Below, piece by piece: positions 29,316 to 39,921 of a stretch of DNA of 64,000 nucleotides. The notes under the pieces were generated by a model. It searched no databases. It had not been told where the DNA came from and saw only the letters and a list, made by a program, of their open reading frames with translations. Origin of the DNA: Chloroflexota bacterium (GTDB lineage Bacteria; Chloroflexota; Anaerolineae; Anaerolineales; JBFLVL01); assembly GCA_040758495.1 (NCBI GenBank), contig JBFLVL010000001.1, positions 20,384 to 84,383 of the forward strand. Direction: 5' to 3'. Within the stretch, counting starts at the first letter, position 1. Each line of letters opens with the position of its first letter. The position numbers and the translations under genes were made by a program.

Positions 29316-30472
29316 GCTGTCTGACATGCCTTCCTCAAAACTTGGACCACATAGTCCTGATCTTCTTCTGTCATTTGGTGATATAGGGGCAGGATGATAC
29401 TATGATCCTGGGCATATTCTGAGTTAGACAACGAAAAGGGATTAGGGACATTCGCATAGGCCCCTTCGCGGTGAGCACACATAACCCCGCGGCGAGTCGC
29501 CACCCCTCGATCCAGCATGAATTGCATCACATGGTGTTGATCGCATACCTCAGGCAGGCGCACACAATAGCTCTGCCAATTGCTACGAGCCCACGGTAAC
29601 TCTCCGGGTGGTTCCACCCCGTTAACTTTTCCCAGTAGTTCCCCGTAACGCCCTGCCAGAAAGCGACGCCTTTCTATGGCTCCCGGTAGGCGTTTGAGTT
29701 GTTCACGTCCGACAGCCCCCTGGATGTCGTTCATGCGGTAGTTGTAGCCCAGAACTGGATAAGACTCGAAAATGACTTCTTTCGCCCCATGGCGCATGAT
29801 ATCAGGGACGCTCATGCCGTGTTGCCGCCACAGGCGAAATTGCTTGTCCCATTCGAGGTTAGATGTAGTCAGCATCCCGCCGTCCCCAGTGGTAAGCAAC
29901 TTGCGTGGGTGGAAGGAAAAACAGGCAATGTCTCCATGGGGCTTGCCGATCTTCTCCCATGTTTCATTCACAAGAATCTCGCTACCGATGGCGCAGGCAG
30001 CATCTTCGACCACAGCCAGAGAATGATGATGGGCCACGTCCAGGATCGCTTTCAAGTCACAGGGCATACCCATCTGGTGCACACAGAGGATTGCTCGGGT
30101 ACGCTCCGTAATGGTGTCTTCGATCAGCACTGGATCTATGTTGAATGTCTCCAGTTGAATGTCCACGAACACCGGCGTTGCGCCGCAGTATCGTATGCTA
30201 TTGGCTGTGGCGATGAAGGAGTGGCTGACGGTAATTACCTCGTCCCCTGGCTGCACACCAACAGCCAGCAAAGCCAGGTGCAGGGCTGTAGTGCAGCTTG
30301 AGACCGCACAGGCATGCTTTGCCCCTACATAGCTGGCTAACTCACGCTCGAACGCAGCTACTTCTGGCCCCTGTGTCACCCAGCCGGACATGATGGGTCG
30401 CCTGGCCGCTTCAGCTTCACGCTCATCCATCCAAGGTCTGGCAACGGGGATGATCGGCTTCTTTTCACTCAT
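29312..30472 (-). CDS. DegT/ArnB-type PLP-dependent sugar aminotransferase
   Basis: Lysine context SFHPRKLLTTGDGG and VSSCTTALHLAL. The start MSEKKPIIPVARPW at 30472 has AGGAGG upstream. The ORF-track extension is probably spurious. Confidence 0.9.
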   Translation of the reverse strand: MSEKKPIIPVARPWMDEREAEAARRPIMSGWVTQGPEVAAFERELASYVGAKHACAVSSCTTALHLALLAVGVQPGDEVITVSHSFIATANSIRYCGATPVFVDIQLETFNIDPVLIEDTITERTRAILCVHQMGMPCDLKAILDVAHHHSLAVVEDAACAIGSEILVNETWEKIGKPHGDIACFSFHPRKLLTTGDGGMLTTSNLEWDKQFRLWRQHGMSVPDIMRHGAKEVIFESYPVLGYNYRMNDIQGAVGREQLKRLPGAIERRRFLAGRYGELLGKVNGVEPPGELPWARSNWQSYCVRLPEVCDQHHVMQFMLDRGVATRRGVMCAHREGAYANVPNPFSLSNSEYAQDHSIILPLYHQMTEEDQDYVVQVLRKACQTA

Positions 30473-31478
30473 ATGTCGCTCCACCCTCCTGGATCTCCCA
30501 ATTATGCACAATCTCCTGCTCCAGCAGCACTTCAGGCGGTTGTTCAAGACTCAAATACCAATCCCTCAGCATGACCAATCCCTCATGCAAGGTTACTTCG
30601 GGCTCAAACCCTAGCAATCGGATGGCTTTTTTCGTATCGGCGCAGAGACGCAATACATCCCCAGGGCGCGGGTCATCGTGGGTTACTGCGGCATCTGGCC
30701 GCTCGAGCACTGCCGCCACCTCGCGGGCAAGCTCGTTAATGGCAATCTCACGTCCGCTGCCCAGATTGATCGTCTCCCCCACAGCGTTGTCCGTAAATCC
30801 TGCCAAGAGGATACCCCTGGCTGTATCACTGACATGGGTAAAGTCCCTAGTCTGGGTGCCATCGCCGAACACCACCATCGGGCGTCCAGCCATACAGCGC
30901 AACAAGAATCTGGGGATCACCTCCCCGCTATCTCCTTCGTGGTGGCAGCGTGGCCCGTAGGTATTGAACGGTCGGACTACCACGGTCGGGTAGCCATAGG
31001 TTCGATGAAAGGCGCGTGTGTAGCACTCCCCAGCCAGCTTTGAGGCCCCATAGACGGTCATAGGATAAGTTGGATGCTCCTCGCTCATTGGCACCCAACG
31101 GGCAGTACCATAGACCTCAGAACTGGAGGTGTACACGAACCGTTTCACCCTCGCTGCCCTTGCCACAGACAGCAGCCTCAAGGTAGCAGTTGCATTGACC
31201 TCATGGTTCTCTTGAGGTGAGTAGATCGAATGCCGCACGCCCAGGCACGCCAGGTGGAACACGATGTCCGCGCCTTGCATCCGATCCGCCATGAGGCGGC
31301 TGTCTCGAATGTCCGCGACGATCAGTTGAACCTGATCCCCAAGTATATCTTCCAAATTCTCGCGCCGACCGTTGACTAGATTGTCAACGACCACAACCCT
31401 GTCACCTCGAGCCGCAAGCTGACGCACCAACTCGGAACCGATGAAACCGGCGCCACCCGTAACGAGAACCTTTTGCAT
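30465..31478 (-). CDS. NDP-sugar 4,6-dehydratase/epimerase family SDR
   Basis: KVLVTGGAGFIGSELV, YGASKLAGE, RPFNTYGP. The substrate cannot be assigned from sequence alone. Confidence 0.85.
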   Translation of the reverse strand: MQKVLVTGGAGFIGSELVRQLAARGDRVVVVDNLVNGRRENLEDILGDQVQLIVADIRDSRLMADRMQGADIVFHLACLGVRHSIYSPQENHEVNATATLRLLSVARAARVKRFVYTSSSEVYGTARWVPMSEEHPTYPMTVYGASKLAGECYTRAFHRTYGYPTVVVRPFNTYGPRCHHEGDSGEVIPRFLLRCMAGRPMVVFGDGTQTRDFTHVSDTARGILLAGFTDNAVGETINLGSGREIAINELAREVAAVLERPDAAVTHDDPRPGDVLRLCADTKKAIRLLGFEPEVTLHEGLVMLRDWYLSLEQPPEVLLEQEIVHNWEIQEGGATYE

Positions 31479-31495
31479 TAAAATCCTATACCATT

Positions 31496-32164
31496 CTAAC
31501 CTAACAACGTACTCTCAAACGCCTGAAAAACATTCCGCTCAGAAATCGAGTCATCCTGGAAAATAACCAAGGCAAACTCAAACGGCAGATAGTCATGACG
31601 AAGTAATACACGACGGCTTAGCCGTTTTGCTACGTCCAGCACCCACTTTGGGTCGGTATGCCAGCTATTAGGCTTCTCAAAGTCCACATACGTGCTCAGA
31701 AAGTCAACACACACAGCTATTCGAGCGTGTTTGTGCATCGCCCGAAGGACATTCATGATGTGGGTCTTATTGTCACCAACCTTCAGCTTTGCATTGAGTA
31801 CACCCGATGCGATTACAAAATCATATGTTTCCAGTGAAGTGGTATCACTCGTAATGTCCAGCTCTCTCAAGTCCAGATCCGGATGTAACTCTCGCGCCAT
31901 GCATAGCAATCCTGGCACGATGTCAATGCCTGTGTACTGTCCACACCACCCGCGTTGCACCAAGAAATCGTACAGGTCAGCGAATCCGCATCCTACATCC
32001 AACACCGAACTCTCTGGCATATGTAATGCGTTCTCCGCCAGAATTGCGAAGCGGATTTCTTGACGACCGTATATACCCCAACCTAATGTTTGCGGTGAAT
32101 ATCCAAACTCTCGCAAACGTTCTTCATATTTCCGAATATAATCCAATCTATCCGTTTCTTCCAT
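31496..32164 (-). CDS. class I SAM-dependent methyltransferase
   Basis: Motif I VLDVGCGFADL and post-I GIDI. Confidence 0.75.
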   Translation of the reverse strand: MEETDRLDYIRKYEERLREFGYSPQTLGWGIYGRQEIRFAILAENALHMPESSVLDVGCGFADLYDFLVQRGWCGQYTGIDIVPGLLCMARELHPDLDLRELDITSDTTSLETYDFVIASGVLNAKLKVGDNKTHIMNVLRAMHKHARIAVCVDFLSTYVDFEKPNSWHTDPKWVLDVAKRLSRRVLLRHDYLPFEFALVIFQDDSISERNVFQAFESTLLG

Positions 32165-32167
32165 AAG

Positions 32168-32950
32168 CTACCCGCCAAGTAGTTCGCATAGATTCTTGCC
32201 GAGTACATTAGCGCATTTATCTGGTGGAACGCCTTCCGTCAGACGCCAAAAGCAGTCCAGCGCTTCACCTACACTTACCTCTGGAAAGTCTGACCCGAAC
32301 ACCATGCGACAATCAAATGTGTTTAACAAATGCCGAAGATCCATCCAAATCGAACTGCCAGCATACCGATACAGCGTGTATGATATGTCTATGAACGCAT
32401 TTGGACAGTCCCGAATCGCTTCAACTACTTGAAGTGCCCAGCTTCCTCCCGCGTGAAGTATGACGAAGTTGAGGTCGGGGAAGCCCCCAACAATATCATG
32501 AATCGTGTCAACAATGGGCTTTCGCAACGAACCACCCTGAAAGTAGAAGAGTGTATCTATCCAGATCGGTATAGGTTTCTCCCAGGAAGCAAGCTCTCCA
32601 AGGATAGCTAGGCAACGGGAATCTAGAGGATCATAACGATTAAGCCTTGGATGTAGTTTCAATAATTGATACGGTCCCTTATGTAATTGCGCCCGTAACT
32701 CACGTACAGCTTGCCGTTCCGTTTCGTATGCTACAGGGTTGAAAGATGCACCTGGCACCAACCGGTCAGGATGCCGCTGACAGACCTCTAAAACAAACTC
32801 ATTAGGAATAAAACCAGCTAACGCTACTACTACCGCCTTGTCCACTTGCGCTTCGTCCAGTTCGCCTACCAGGCGCGTCTCACTAGCATCATACGCTGTG
32901 TGGAACCAGCGACCATCGGGTGTAACATGAGTGAGTGAATCAAAGATCAT
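32168..32950 (-). CDS. amidohydrolase_2-type TIM-barrel metal-dependent hydrolase/decarboxylase family protein
   Basis: Start MIFDSLTHV (metal-binding strand), ILHAGG and FGSDFP near the C-terminus. The ATG at 32950 lies 13 nt after the upstream stop. Confidence 0.7.
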   Translation of the reverse strand: MIFDSLTHVTPDGRWFHTAYDASETRLVGELDEAQVDKAVVVALAGFIPNEFVLEVCQRHPDRLVPGASFNPVAYETERQAVRELRAQLHKGPYQLLKLHPRLNRYDPLDSRCLAILGELASWEKPIPIWIDTLFYFQGGSLRKPIVDTIHDIVGGFPDLNFVILHAGGSWALQVVEAIRDCPNAFIDISYTLYRYAGSSIWMDLRHLLNTFDCRMVFGSDFPEVSVGEALDCFWRLTEGVPPDKCANVLGKNLCELLGG

Positions 32951-32963
32951 AAATGATGAAGTA

Positions 32964-34175
32964 CTATCGCTCCATTTCGAACACAATCGTACGCTCTGCT
33001 GCATCTGCGACTGCAATTGCCTCTTCGCGGGTAGCACCTGTAGCTACTATATAGCCTGCACGTTCTACACCACTAGTGATCTCTGGTAAGACACTACCTG
33101 ACTGCGGGTCAATTTGAATGTCAACTATCCCTGGAAGTGTCCACGCCTCTCTCACTCCACGAATCTCTCGCACGCGTCCCGATGGGGGAAAAAGAAAACG
33201 AATCACTGCCCCTTTTAGCCGCCTAGACCTTAGATTTGGCTGCTCGCCTAGAAGGATCTTGGCAAGTTCTTGAACCATGTCCACCCCACATACTAAGAAA
33301 GGCGTCGGACTGAAACAAGGGCCTCCACCAGGCCGTCCCGCAATTTCCAGGAGAACAACTTCACCATCCGGCTTCACTATCATTTCCGGATGCGCGGCTC
33401 CCACTGTAATCCCTACCGCCGCCGTAGCCCGAGCGGTTAACTCTCTGATGCGCTCGATAGTGTATGACGAAAAGAAACCAGGGAAATTAATGCTCTGTGT
33501 GACACGATACGGCCGGTCGTGAGTTACTCCTTTATCTGGAATCGTCAGTGTGTGAGTTACACCTTTCCATGTCAACGATTCTATTTGAGTTTCGATACCT
33601 TCAACGTACTCCTCAATGATTATTCTGCGATTACGGACATAACGTTGCGCATGATAAAATGCATTTGGTAACTCATCCAAATCAGTCACAACAGAGACCC
33701 CACGCTGTCCCCCCCCGCAGTCTGTGGGCTTGATGACAAGCGGGAATCCAATTTCCTTGGCTACCCGTATAGCTTCGTCGTAGTCAGCGACCACCTTATA
33801 GGCAGGTTGCGGTAGTCCTGCAGCAACCCAAGCATCACGCATCAGCCCCTTATCACAAACGACATTCGCAACCTCTTCTGTGAGTCCAACAAGCCCAAGT
33901 CGCTGAGCAACAAAGGCCGCTGTTCTCACTCCAAAATCATTGATGGCCATAACAGCATCCACACAATAACGACAAGCTACATCCAAAGCTCCCATTCTGT
34001 CAACTATGTCAACAACTTCATAAAAGTCTGCCTCAGAAAACGAACCGGCTTGCGGATTGCGATCAATCGTAACTGTCTCAACTCCCATAGCTCTTAAGGC
34101 CCGGAAGACCCAACGATTATATGATTTTGCGCTGAGCACCAGTATCCTGGATGACACTGATTTATTACCTTCCAA
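32964..34175 (-). CDS. ATP-grasp carboxylate-amine ligase (L-amino-acid-ligase-like)
   Basis: GFPLVIKPTDCGGGQRGVSVV, IIEEYVEGIE and LLEIAGRPGGG are ATP-grasp motifs. The start is uncertain: TTG at 34175 or GTG at 34157. Confidence 0.8.
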   Translation of the reverse strand: MEGNKSVSSRILVLSAKSYNRWVFRALRAMGVETVTIDRNPQAGSFSEADFYEVVDIVDRMGALDVACRYCVDAVMAINDFGVRTAAFVAQRLGLVGLTEEVANVVCDKGLMRDAWVAAGLPQPAYKVVADYDEAIRVAKEIGFPLVIKPTDCGGGQRGVSVVTDLDELPNAFYHAQRYVRNRRIIIEEYVEGIETQIESLTWKGVTHTLTIPDKGVTHDRPYRVTQSINFPGFFSSYTIERIRELTARATAAVGITVGAAHPEMIVKPDGEVVLLEIAGRPGGGPCFSPTPFLVCGVDMVQELAKILLGEQPNLRSRRLKGAVIRFLFPPSGRVREIRGVREAWTLPGIVDIQIDPQSGSVLPEITSGVERAGYIVATGATREEAIAVADAAERTIVFEMER

Positions 34176-34195
34176 ATCTCACTTGCCGGATCCAT

Positions 34196-35308
34196 TCACT
34201 CGACTCTTTCGGCGAGGAGGCTCTGTACCGAGTTGGCGATTTGCAATAATTCCGACTCTCTCAACTCCGCATACATCGGCAGTGAAAGCACCTCTCTTGC
34301 TGCCTGCTCCGAGAAGGGAAAGTCACCGGACTGATACCCCAGGTCAGCGTGGGCTTCCAGTAAATGAACCGGTATGGGATAGTGGATACCTGTCTGAATT
34401 CCCTGTGCAAGCAGCGCCTGCTGCAAATCATCCCGCAACGGCGTACGCACTGCATAGACGTGATAAACGTGGCGGCTATAAGGCATCACGGTTGGGGTCC
34501 GAACCCCAGAGTCTTTCAGGAGTTCGTCATACCGCGCGGCGTGCGACCGGCGGGCCTCAGTCCATGCCTCCAGGTGGCGCAGCTTGACCCGCAGGATGGC
34601 CCCTTGCATGCCCTCCATGCGGTAATTGTAGCCCTTCAACACGTGGTGGTACTTGCGTTCCTGTCCCCAGTCACGCAACATACGGATAGCGCGGGTATAT
34701 TCAGGATTGGAGGTAACTACTATACCCCCTTCACCATAAGCCCCCAGGTTCTTACCGGGGTAGAAGCTAAAGCAACCCAAATCGCCTATGCCCCCCACCC
34801 TTCGTCCCTTATACTCAGCACCGTGGGCCTGCGCAGCGTCCTCGATAACTATCAACCCATGGCGGTGGGCGACCTCCAGGATAGGATCCATATCGGCTGG
34901 TTGCCCGTAGAGATGCACTGGCAGTATTGCCTTCGTCCGCTCGGTAATAGCCCCCTCAAGCTGACTTGTTGTGTCCATCGTGTATGTTCGAGGCTCAATG
35001 TCCACGAAAACAGGCCGAGCCCCCGTATAGCAGATGGCCGCCACGGTAGCAACGAAAGTGAAGGGCACAGTAATCACCTCATCACCGGGGCCAATACCGG
35101 CTGCCAACAACGCAAGATGTAAGGCACTGGTACCCGAATTTACCGCAATCCCATAAAGGGTGTCACAGTAAGCAGCAAACTCTTCCTCAAAAGCGGACAC
35201 TTCCTTTCCCAATACGAACTGGCTGCTCTCCAGAACGCTGACGATCGCCGCATCAATTTCATCTTTTATGCTGTGATACTGAGCCTTCAGATCTACGAAT
35301 GGGATCAT
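34196..35308 (-). CDS. DegT-family aminotransferase (WbpE-like, 3-aminotransferase type)
   Basis: MIPFVDLKAQY N-terminus and SFYPGKNLGAYGEGG lysine motif. Its start forms an ATGA overlap with the upstream oxidoreductase stop. Confidence 0.9.
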   Translation of the reverse strand: MIPFVDLKAQYHSIKDEIDAAIVSVLESSQFVLGKEVSAFEEEFAAYCDTLYGIAVNSGTSALHLALLAAGIGPGDEVITVPFTFVATVAAICYTGARPVFVDIEPRTYTMDTTSQLEGAITERTKAILPVHLYGQPADMDPILEVAHRHGLIVIEDAAQAHGAEYKGRRVGGIGDLGCFSFYPGKNLGAYGEGGIVVTSNPEYTRAIRMLRDWGQERKYHHVLKGYNYRMEGMQGAILRVKLRHLEAWTEARRSHAARYDELLKDSGVRTPTVMPYSRHVYHVYAVRTPLRDDLQQALLAQGIQTGIHYPIPVHLLEAHADLGYQSGDFPFSEQAAREVLSLPMYAELRESELLQIANSVQSLLAERVE

Positions 35309-36333
35309 CCTATAACCCCTGTCGTGCTTATTTCCACCAACTGGCCCCGTTCTGCCAGGGATTTGGTGGCGGCCTCAAGAATGCGCACCACCCGTAAACC
35401 GGCCTCACCATCGGTGATGGGGTGCTCGTTCCCTTCGATGCATTGGATGAAGTGCAGTGCCTCTGTACGCAGGGCCTCGGTCATATTCAACTGTGGGGCC
35501 CACATATCGCCGGTGCGGTATCCAATGAGCATTCGGTAGATGCTCTCACGACTCTCATTGACCGTGATCCCCTTATCGTAGACCTTGACCTTCTCACTGG
35601 GTTCCAGATCGTCGTAGACGATCATCCTGCTGCTACCGCCTATCAGCGTGCGGCGCACTTTCACGGGTGCCAGCCAGTTAATGTGGATGTGAGCGATCAG
35701 GTTGTTTTCAAAAAATAGTGTCAGGTAGGCAATATTCTCTGGTTCTCCGGAAACGTGACTTATGCCAGTTGCAGAAACAGATTGAGGTTGGGTAGCCAGC
35801 ACAAAATCCATAATGGACAGGTCATGAACCGCCAGGTCCCAGATCACATTTATATCATGTTGAAACAGTCCCAAATTTACCCGGACTGAGTCGTAATAAT
35901 AAATTTCTCCCAGTTCATTGTCTGCAATTAATTCCTTGATCTTTCGCACCGCACCAGTATAGATAAATGTATGGTCAACCATCAAAACAAGACCGAGCCC
36001 TTTCGCTTTATTGATTAAACGAATGGCCTGTTCTGATGTGGCTGTCAACGGTTTTTCAACAAGAACATGTTTGCCGGCCTCTAAAGCTTGCACAGCCAGG
36101 TCGAAATGCGTTGACACAGGTGTTGCAATCGCGACTGCATCGATGGTGGGATCATCAAAGATTTCACGATTGTTAGGCGTTACTTTGACCCCTGGGTAAC
36201 GCTCTTTTGCCCTTGTCAACTGTTTTTGGTTAATATCGCTTATAGTAACAACTTGAGAGGTGGGTAACTCCACAAAGTTGCGCACGATATTTGGTCCCCA
36301 ATAACCATAGCCAATCACAGCAATGTTTTTCAC
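35305..36333 (-). CDS. Gfo/Idh/MocA oxidoreductase (WbpB-like sugar-nucleotide 3-oxidase type)
   Basis: IAVIGYGYWGPNIVRNF and LVEKPL. The GTG at 36333 has AGGAG 9 nt upstream. The longer ORF to 36423 would overlap the preceding gene. Confidence 0.85.
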   Translation of the reverse strand: MKNIAVIGYGYWGPNIVRNFVELPTSQVVTISDINQKQLTRAKERYPGVKVTPNNREIFDDPTIDAVAIATPVSTHFDLAVQALEAGKHVLVEKPLTATSEQAIRLINKAKGLGLVLMVDHTFIYTGAVRKIKELIADNELGEIYYYDSVRVNLGLFQHDINVIWDLAVHDLSIMDFVLATQPQSVSATGISHVSGEPENIAYLTLFFENNLIAHIHINWLAPVKVRRTLIGGSSRMIVYDDLEPSEKVKVYDKGITVNESRESIYRMLIGYRTGDMWAPQLNMTEALRTEALHFIQCIEGNEHPITDGEAGLRVVRILEAATKSLAERGQLVEISTTGVIG

Positions 36334-36373
36334 AATTATGTACTCCTTTCTGTCAGCTAATTTCCCACTTCTC

Positions 36374-36748
36374 TTACCCACGCGCGACCAATACAATACC
36401 AACCAGAATAACTCCCAGCCCAAGTACCTTCTGCCACGAAACCGGTTCTCGAAAGAACATCGTAGCTCCCAACGTTACCAGAACAAAGGTAATACTGACT
36501 AACAGCGGGTAGCTGTTATTCAGATTCTCCGTGGATATCACCCGAAACCAAACCAGAGCAGCCATCGCGTACAGCACCCCACCAGTAAGAAAGAGTGGCT
36601 GACGTGCCAGTCTTAGCAAATCGCTGATAAGCGTGCCTGGCGATAAGGTAAACCCACCCGCCCGGATCACACCCCCGCGAAGCATTAGGTTTGAGGCGAC
36701 AGTTAATAAGGCACTCAATCCCACCAGAAGCAGACCGCGCTCACTCAT
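36374..36748 (-). CDS. small 4-TM EamA/SMR-like membrane protein (ArnE/ArnF-like lipid-linked sugar flippase candidate)
   Basis: 124 aa with four hydrophobic segments. Its start forms an ATGA overlap with the upstream acetyltransferase stop. Confidence 0.65.
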   Translation of the reverse strand: MSERGLLLVGLSALLTVASNLMLRGGVIRAGGFTLSPGTLISDLLRLARQPLFLTGGVLYAMAALVWFRVISTENLNNSYPLLVSITFVLVTLGATMFFREPVSWQKVLGLGVILVGIVLVARG

Positions 36749-37236
36749 CCTGGCCGAGCTCCTTTTTGCTCACGGACGTCGCCGATTACCCGAGCTGGTA
36801 CACCAGCAACGACGGCGTAAGGTGGAACATCGCGAGTCACGACTGCGCCAGCCCCCACCATTGCATGTTCACCAATCGTGATCCCACACAGAATGGTCGC
36901 GTTGGCACCGATGCTGACTTCTCTTTTCACCAAAGTAGGAATAACTTCCCAGTCTTCGGCCTCCATCAAACTTCCGTCTGGATTCACTGAGTGGGGATAC
37001 TTGTCATTGGTAAAACAGACATGGGGACCGATGAAAACGCAGTCTTCTATGGTCACCCCTTCTGGGATGAAGGTGTGAGCCTGAATTTTAACATTTTTTC
37101 CGATCTTTACGTTTTTCCGGACTTCAACAAAAGCGCCAATTTTTGATCCATCGCCTATCTCACAACCATACAGGTTTACTAAGTCGAGATGATAGATGAT
37201 TACTCCTTTTCCTAGTTTTACATCCTCGCTTATCAT
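36745..37236 (-). CDS. hexapeptide-repeat (left-handed beta-helix) sugar N-acetyltransferase (WbpD/PglD-like)
   Basis: Repeated [LIV]G motifs, for example IGANATILCGITIGEHAMVGAGAVVTRDVPPYAVVAGVPARVIG. Confidence 0.85.
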   Translation of the reverse strand: MISEDVKLGKGVIIYHLDLVNLYGCEIGDGSKIGAFVEVRKNVKIGKNVKIQAHTFIPEGVTIEDCVFIGPHVCFTNDKYPHSVNPDGSLMEAEDWEVIPTLVKREVSIGANATILCGITIGEHAMVGAGAVVTRDVPPYAVVAGVPARVIGDVREQKGARPG

Positions 37237-37323
37237 TTTTGATTCAACTCGTTATTGAACAGGTCTTTCAAAGAATACATCCAGCTTTATTTTACTCGCG
37301 TCTAGACACCCATTGTTTATAAC

Positions 37324-38304
<981 letters not shown>

Positions 38305-38346
38305 TCAAAATTCAACGATTGAATTATAACCTGCGGTCATCCAAGG

Positions 38347-39921
38347 TCAAGGGTCGGATTTTGTTCCCGACCAGTCCCATATCACATACAATACAGCAGT
38401 GGCTAACCCCAGACCAATAGTTTTAAACAAGTCTACGACCGGCCATTGCAGCGGTGTGTACCGACGTAAGTACCAAGGAAGAAACCAGAGTAGGATCAAC
38501 CCCAAGCTGACAACCGCGCGCCGAAGCCAGGGATCCGAGGTTTTTCTCGGAGCAATCCAGGCCCAAGATGCCAGAGCAACCTGAATGGGCGCAAGGGCCG
38601 CCCGGTAGCGGGGATTATCCCATTGGTCACCTCCCCCGCGCAACGCTGCAATCACGATCAGCGCCCACACGACAAGGCTGAGCGCCCTTTCCCAGCCCTT
38701 CGTCTTAACCCCACGCCAGGCTTTGAAGGGTACATAGAGCAGCAGGGCTAGTAAACCCGTCCAGCCAACAGCCCGCCAGATAGCCACTCCACGCCAGAGG
38801 GGCGCGCCTGTGGCTACCAACGCAGCGGGTAGAAACGGCTGAACCACGCCATACCCCAGCACAATGAGGGGATGCAACCACTCCGGGGTGCTACGAAAGA
38901 TTGCCTGTATCCAGCCTGACGCCCGTTCGGTCAGATAGGTCTGCCATTGAAGTGCCCGCTCGAACCACCAGCCGATTAAAGCTAGGGGGTTAGTCACCTG
39001 TACGGGAGCTAATCGTCTCCAGCTCAGCCACACTCCCATAATCCCTAGACCTGCCAGACCAATCAGCAGCCCCCACAACCAGCGTTGACGCAAAAATCTC
39101 CACTTTTTCACCCAAAGAGCAGTTATGGCCAACGCGCCGATCAGTAAAGCTGTGAAGGGCGGTGATATGGGCAACGACAGTACCAGCGCCCCAGCCACCC
39201 AGGCTAAACCAGAACGCTTGGAGGCCTGTAAGTAACTCGCCAAGCCGAAGAACGCGGCTGCACCCAAAGTCATGAAGTAGGCTTCGCGCATAGGCGTGCT
39301 GGACAGCAGTACCGCCTCGGGATACAACGCCAGAATCCAAGCAGCGACCCACGCTGAGCGCTCATCCCAAACCCGGCGTGTAAACTCCCAAGTGAAAAGG
39401 ATAGCCAGGGCCGAGAAAGCGACCGAGATAATCACCATGAGCAACGGCTGGTGCGTGCTACCACCCAGGTAACGGTAAACTGCTGCGCTCAGGAAAAGCA
39501 CTCCCCCATATTGATCGGACACGTATTGTCCGTGGAATGCAGTCCATAAAGGAGCATCAGACGCTGCCAGCTTCCATGCTTCCTGATCACGGTTGTAGGC
39601 ATCTTCCATGGGATATCCCGCCCTTTGGACGGGGGTATCGTACCCCCATACGGGCAGGGCGATTACCCAAAAGATGCCCGCTGCCAGACGGAGGGCAACA
39701 GCTCCGAGGAGTAACCACCCCAAACGTAGTGGCAGGCGAGCTTCGCACTCCCTTTGGGTTAGTTTCCACATCCCAAACAACAAAGCCGCCCCCAGCAGGA
39801 TCGCTGCAAAGAAACCTTCCCATCCCCGAAGGTTTTGCCATCTATTTGAGACCCATGCCAGCCCCAGTGCCAGGACGCACATTGCTGCTATCAGTCCCGT
39901 CCCTATGAGCCATCTACGCAT
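38347..39921 (-). CDS. polytopic membrane protein, unassigned (GT-C-like / O-antigen-ligase-like candidate)
   Basis: ~524 aa from the ATG at 39921, which overlaps the upstream gene by 8 nt. At least 12 hydrophobic segments. The first loop has GYPMEDAYNRDQEAW. Confidence 0.6.
   Translation of the reverse strand: MRRWLIGTGLIAAMCVLALGLAWVSNRWQNLRGWEGFFAAILLGAALLFGMWKLTQRECEARLPLRLGWLLLGAVALRLAAGIFWVIALPVWGYDTPVQRAGYPMEDAYNRDQEAWKLAASDAPLWTAFHGQYVSDQYGGVLFLSAAVYRYLGGSTHQPLLMVIISVAFSALAILFTWEFTRRVWDERSAWVAAWILALYPEAVLLSSTPMREAYFMTLGAAAFFGLASYLQASKRSGLAWVAGALVLSLPISPPFTALLIGALAITALWVKKWRFLRQRWLWGLLIGLAGLGIMGVWLSWRRLAPVQVTNPLALIGWWFERALQWQTYLTERASGWIQAIFRSTPEWLHPLIVLGYGVVQPFLPAALVATGAPLWRGVAIWRAVGWTGLLALLLYVPFKAWRGVKTKGWERALSLVVWALIVIAALRGGGDQWDNPRYRAALAPIQVALASWAWIAPRKTSDPWLRRAVVSLGLILLWFLPWYLRRYTPLQWPVVDLFKTIGLGLATAVLYVIWDWSGTKSDP

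Noticed and set aside
29699-30301. 200-aa plus-strand ORF
   Set aside because: It is a shadow ORF antisense to the ArnB-like aminotransferase. It has no motifs and no Shine-Dalgarno sequence.
34364-35122. 252-aa plus-strand ORF
   Set aside because: It lies entirely antisense to the well-supported DegT aminotransferase gene (34196..35308). Its composition is Arg/Pro/His-rich and low in complexity, typical of shadow frames in GC-rich genes, and it has no recognisable motifs.
37237-37323. Possible internal promoter (TTGAAA…TTGAAT) upstream of the LbH acetyltransferase gene
   Set aside because: The -10 candidate is poor and its spacing to the start codon would imply a near-leaderless transcript. 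The evidence is too weak to call.
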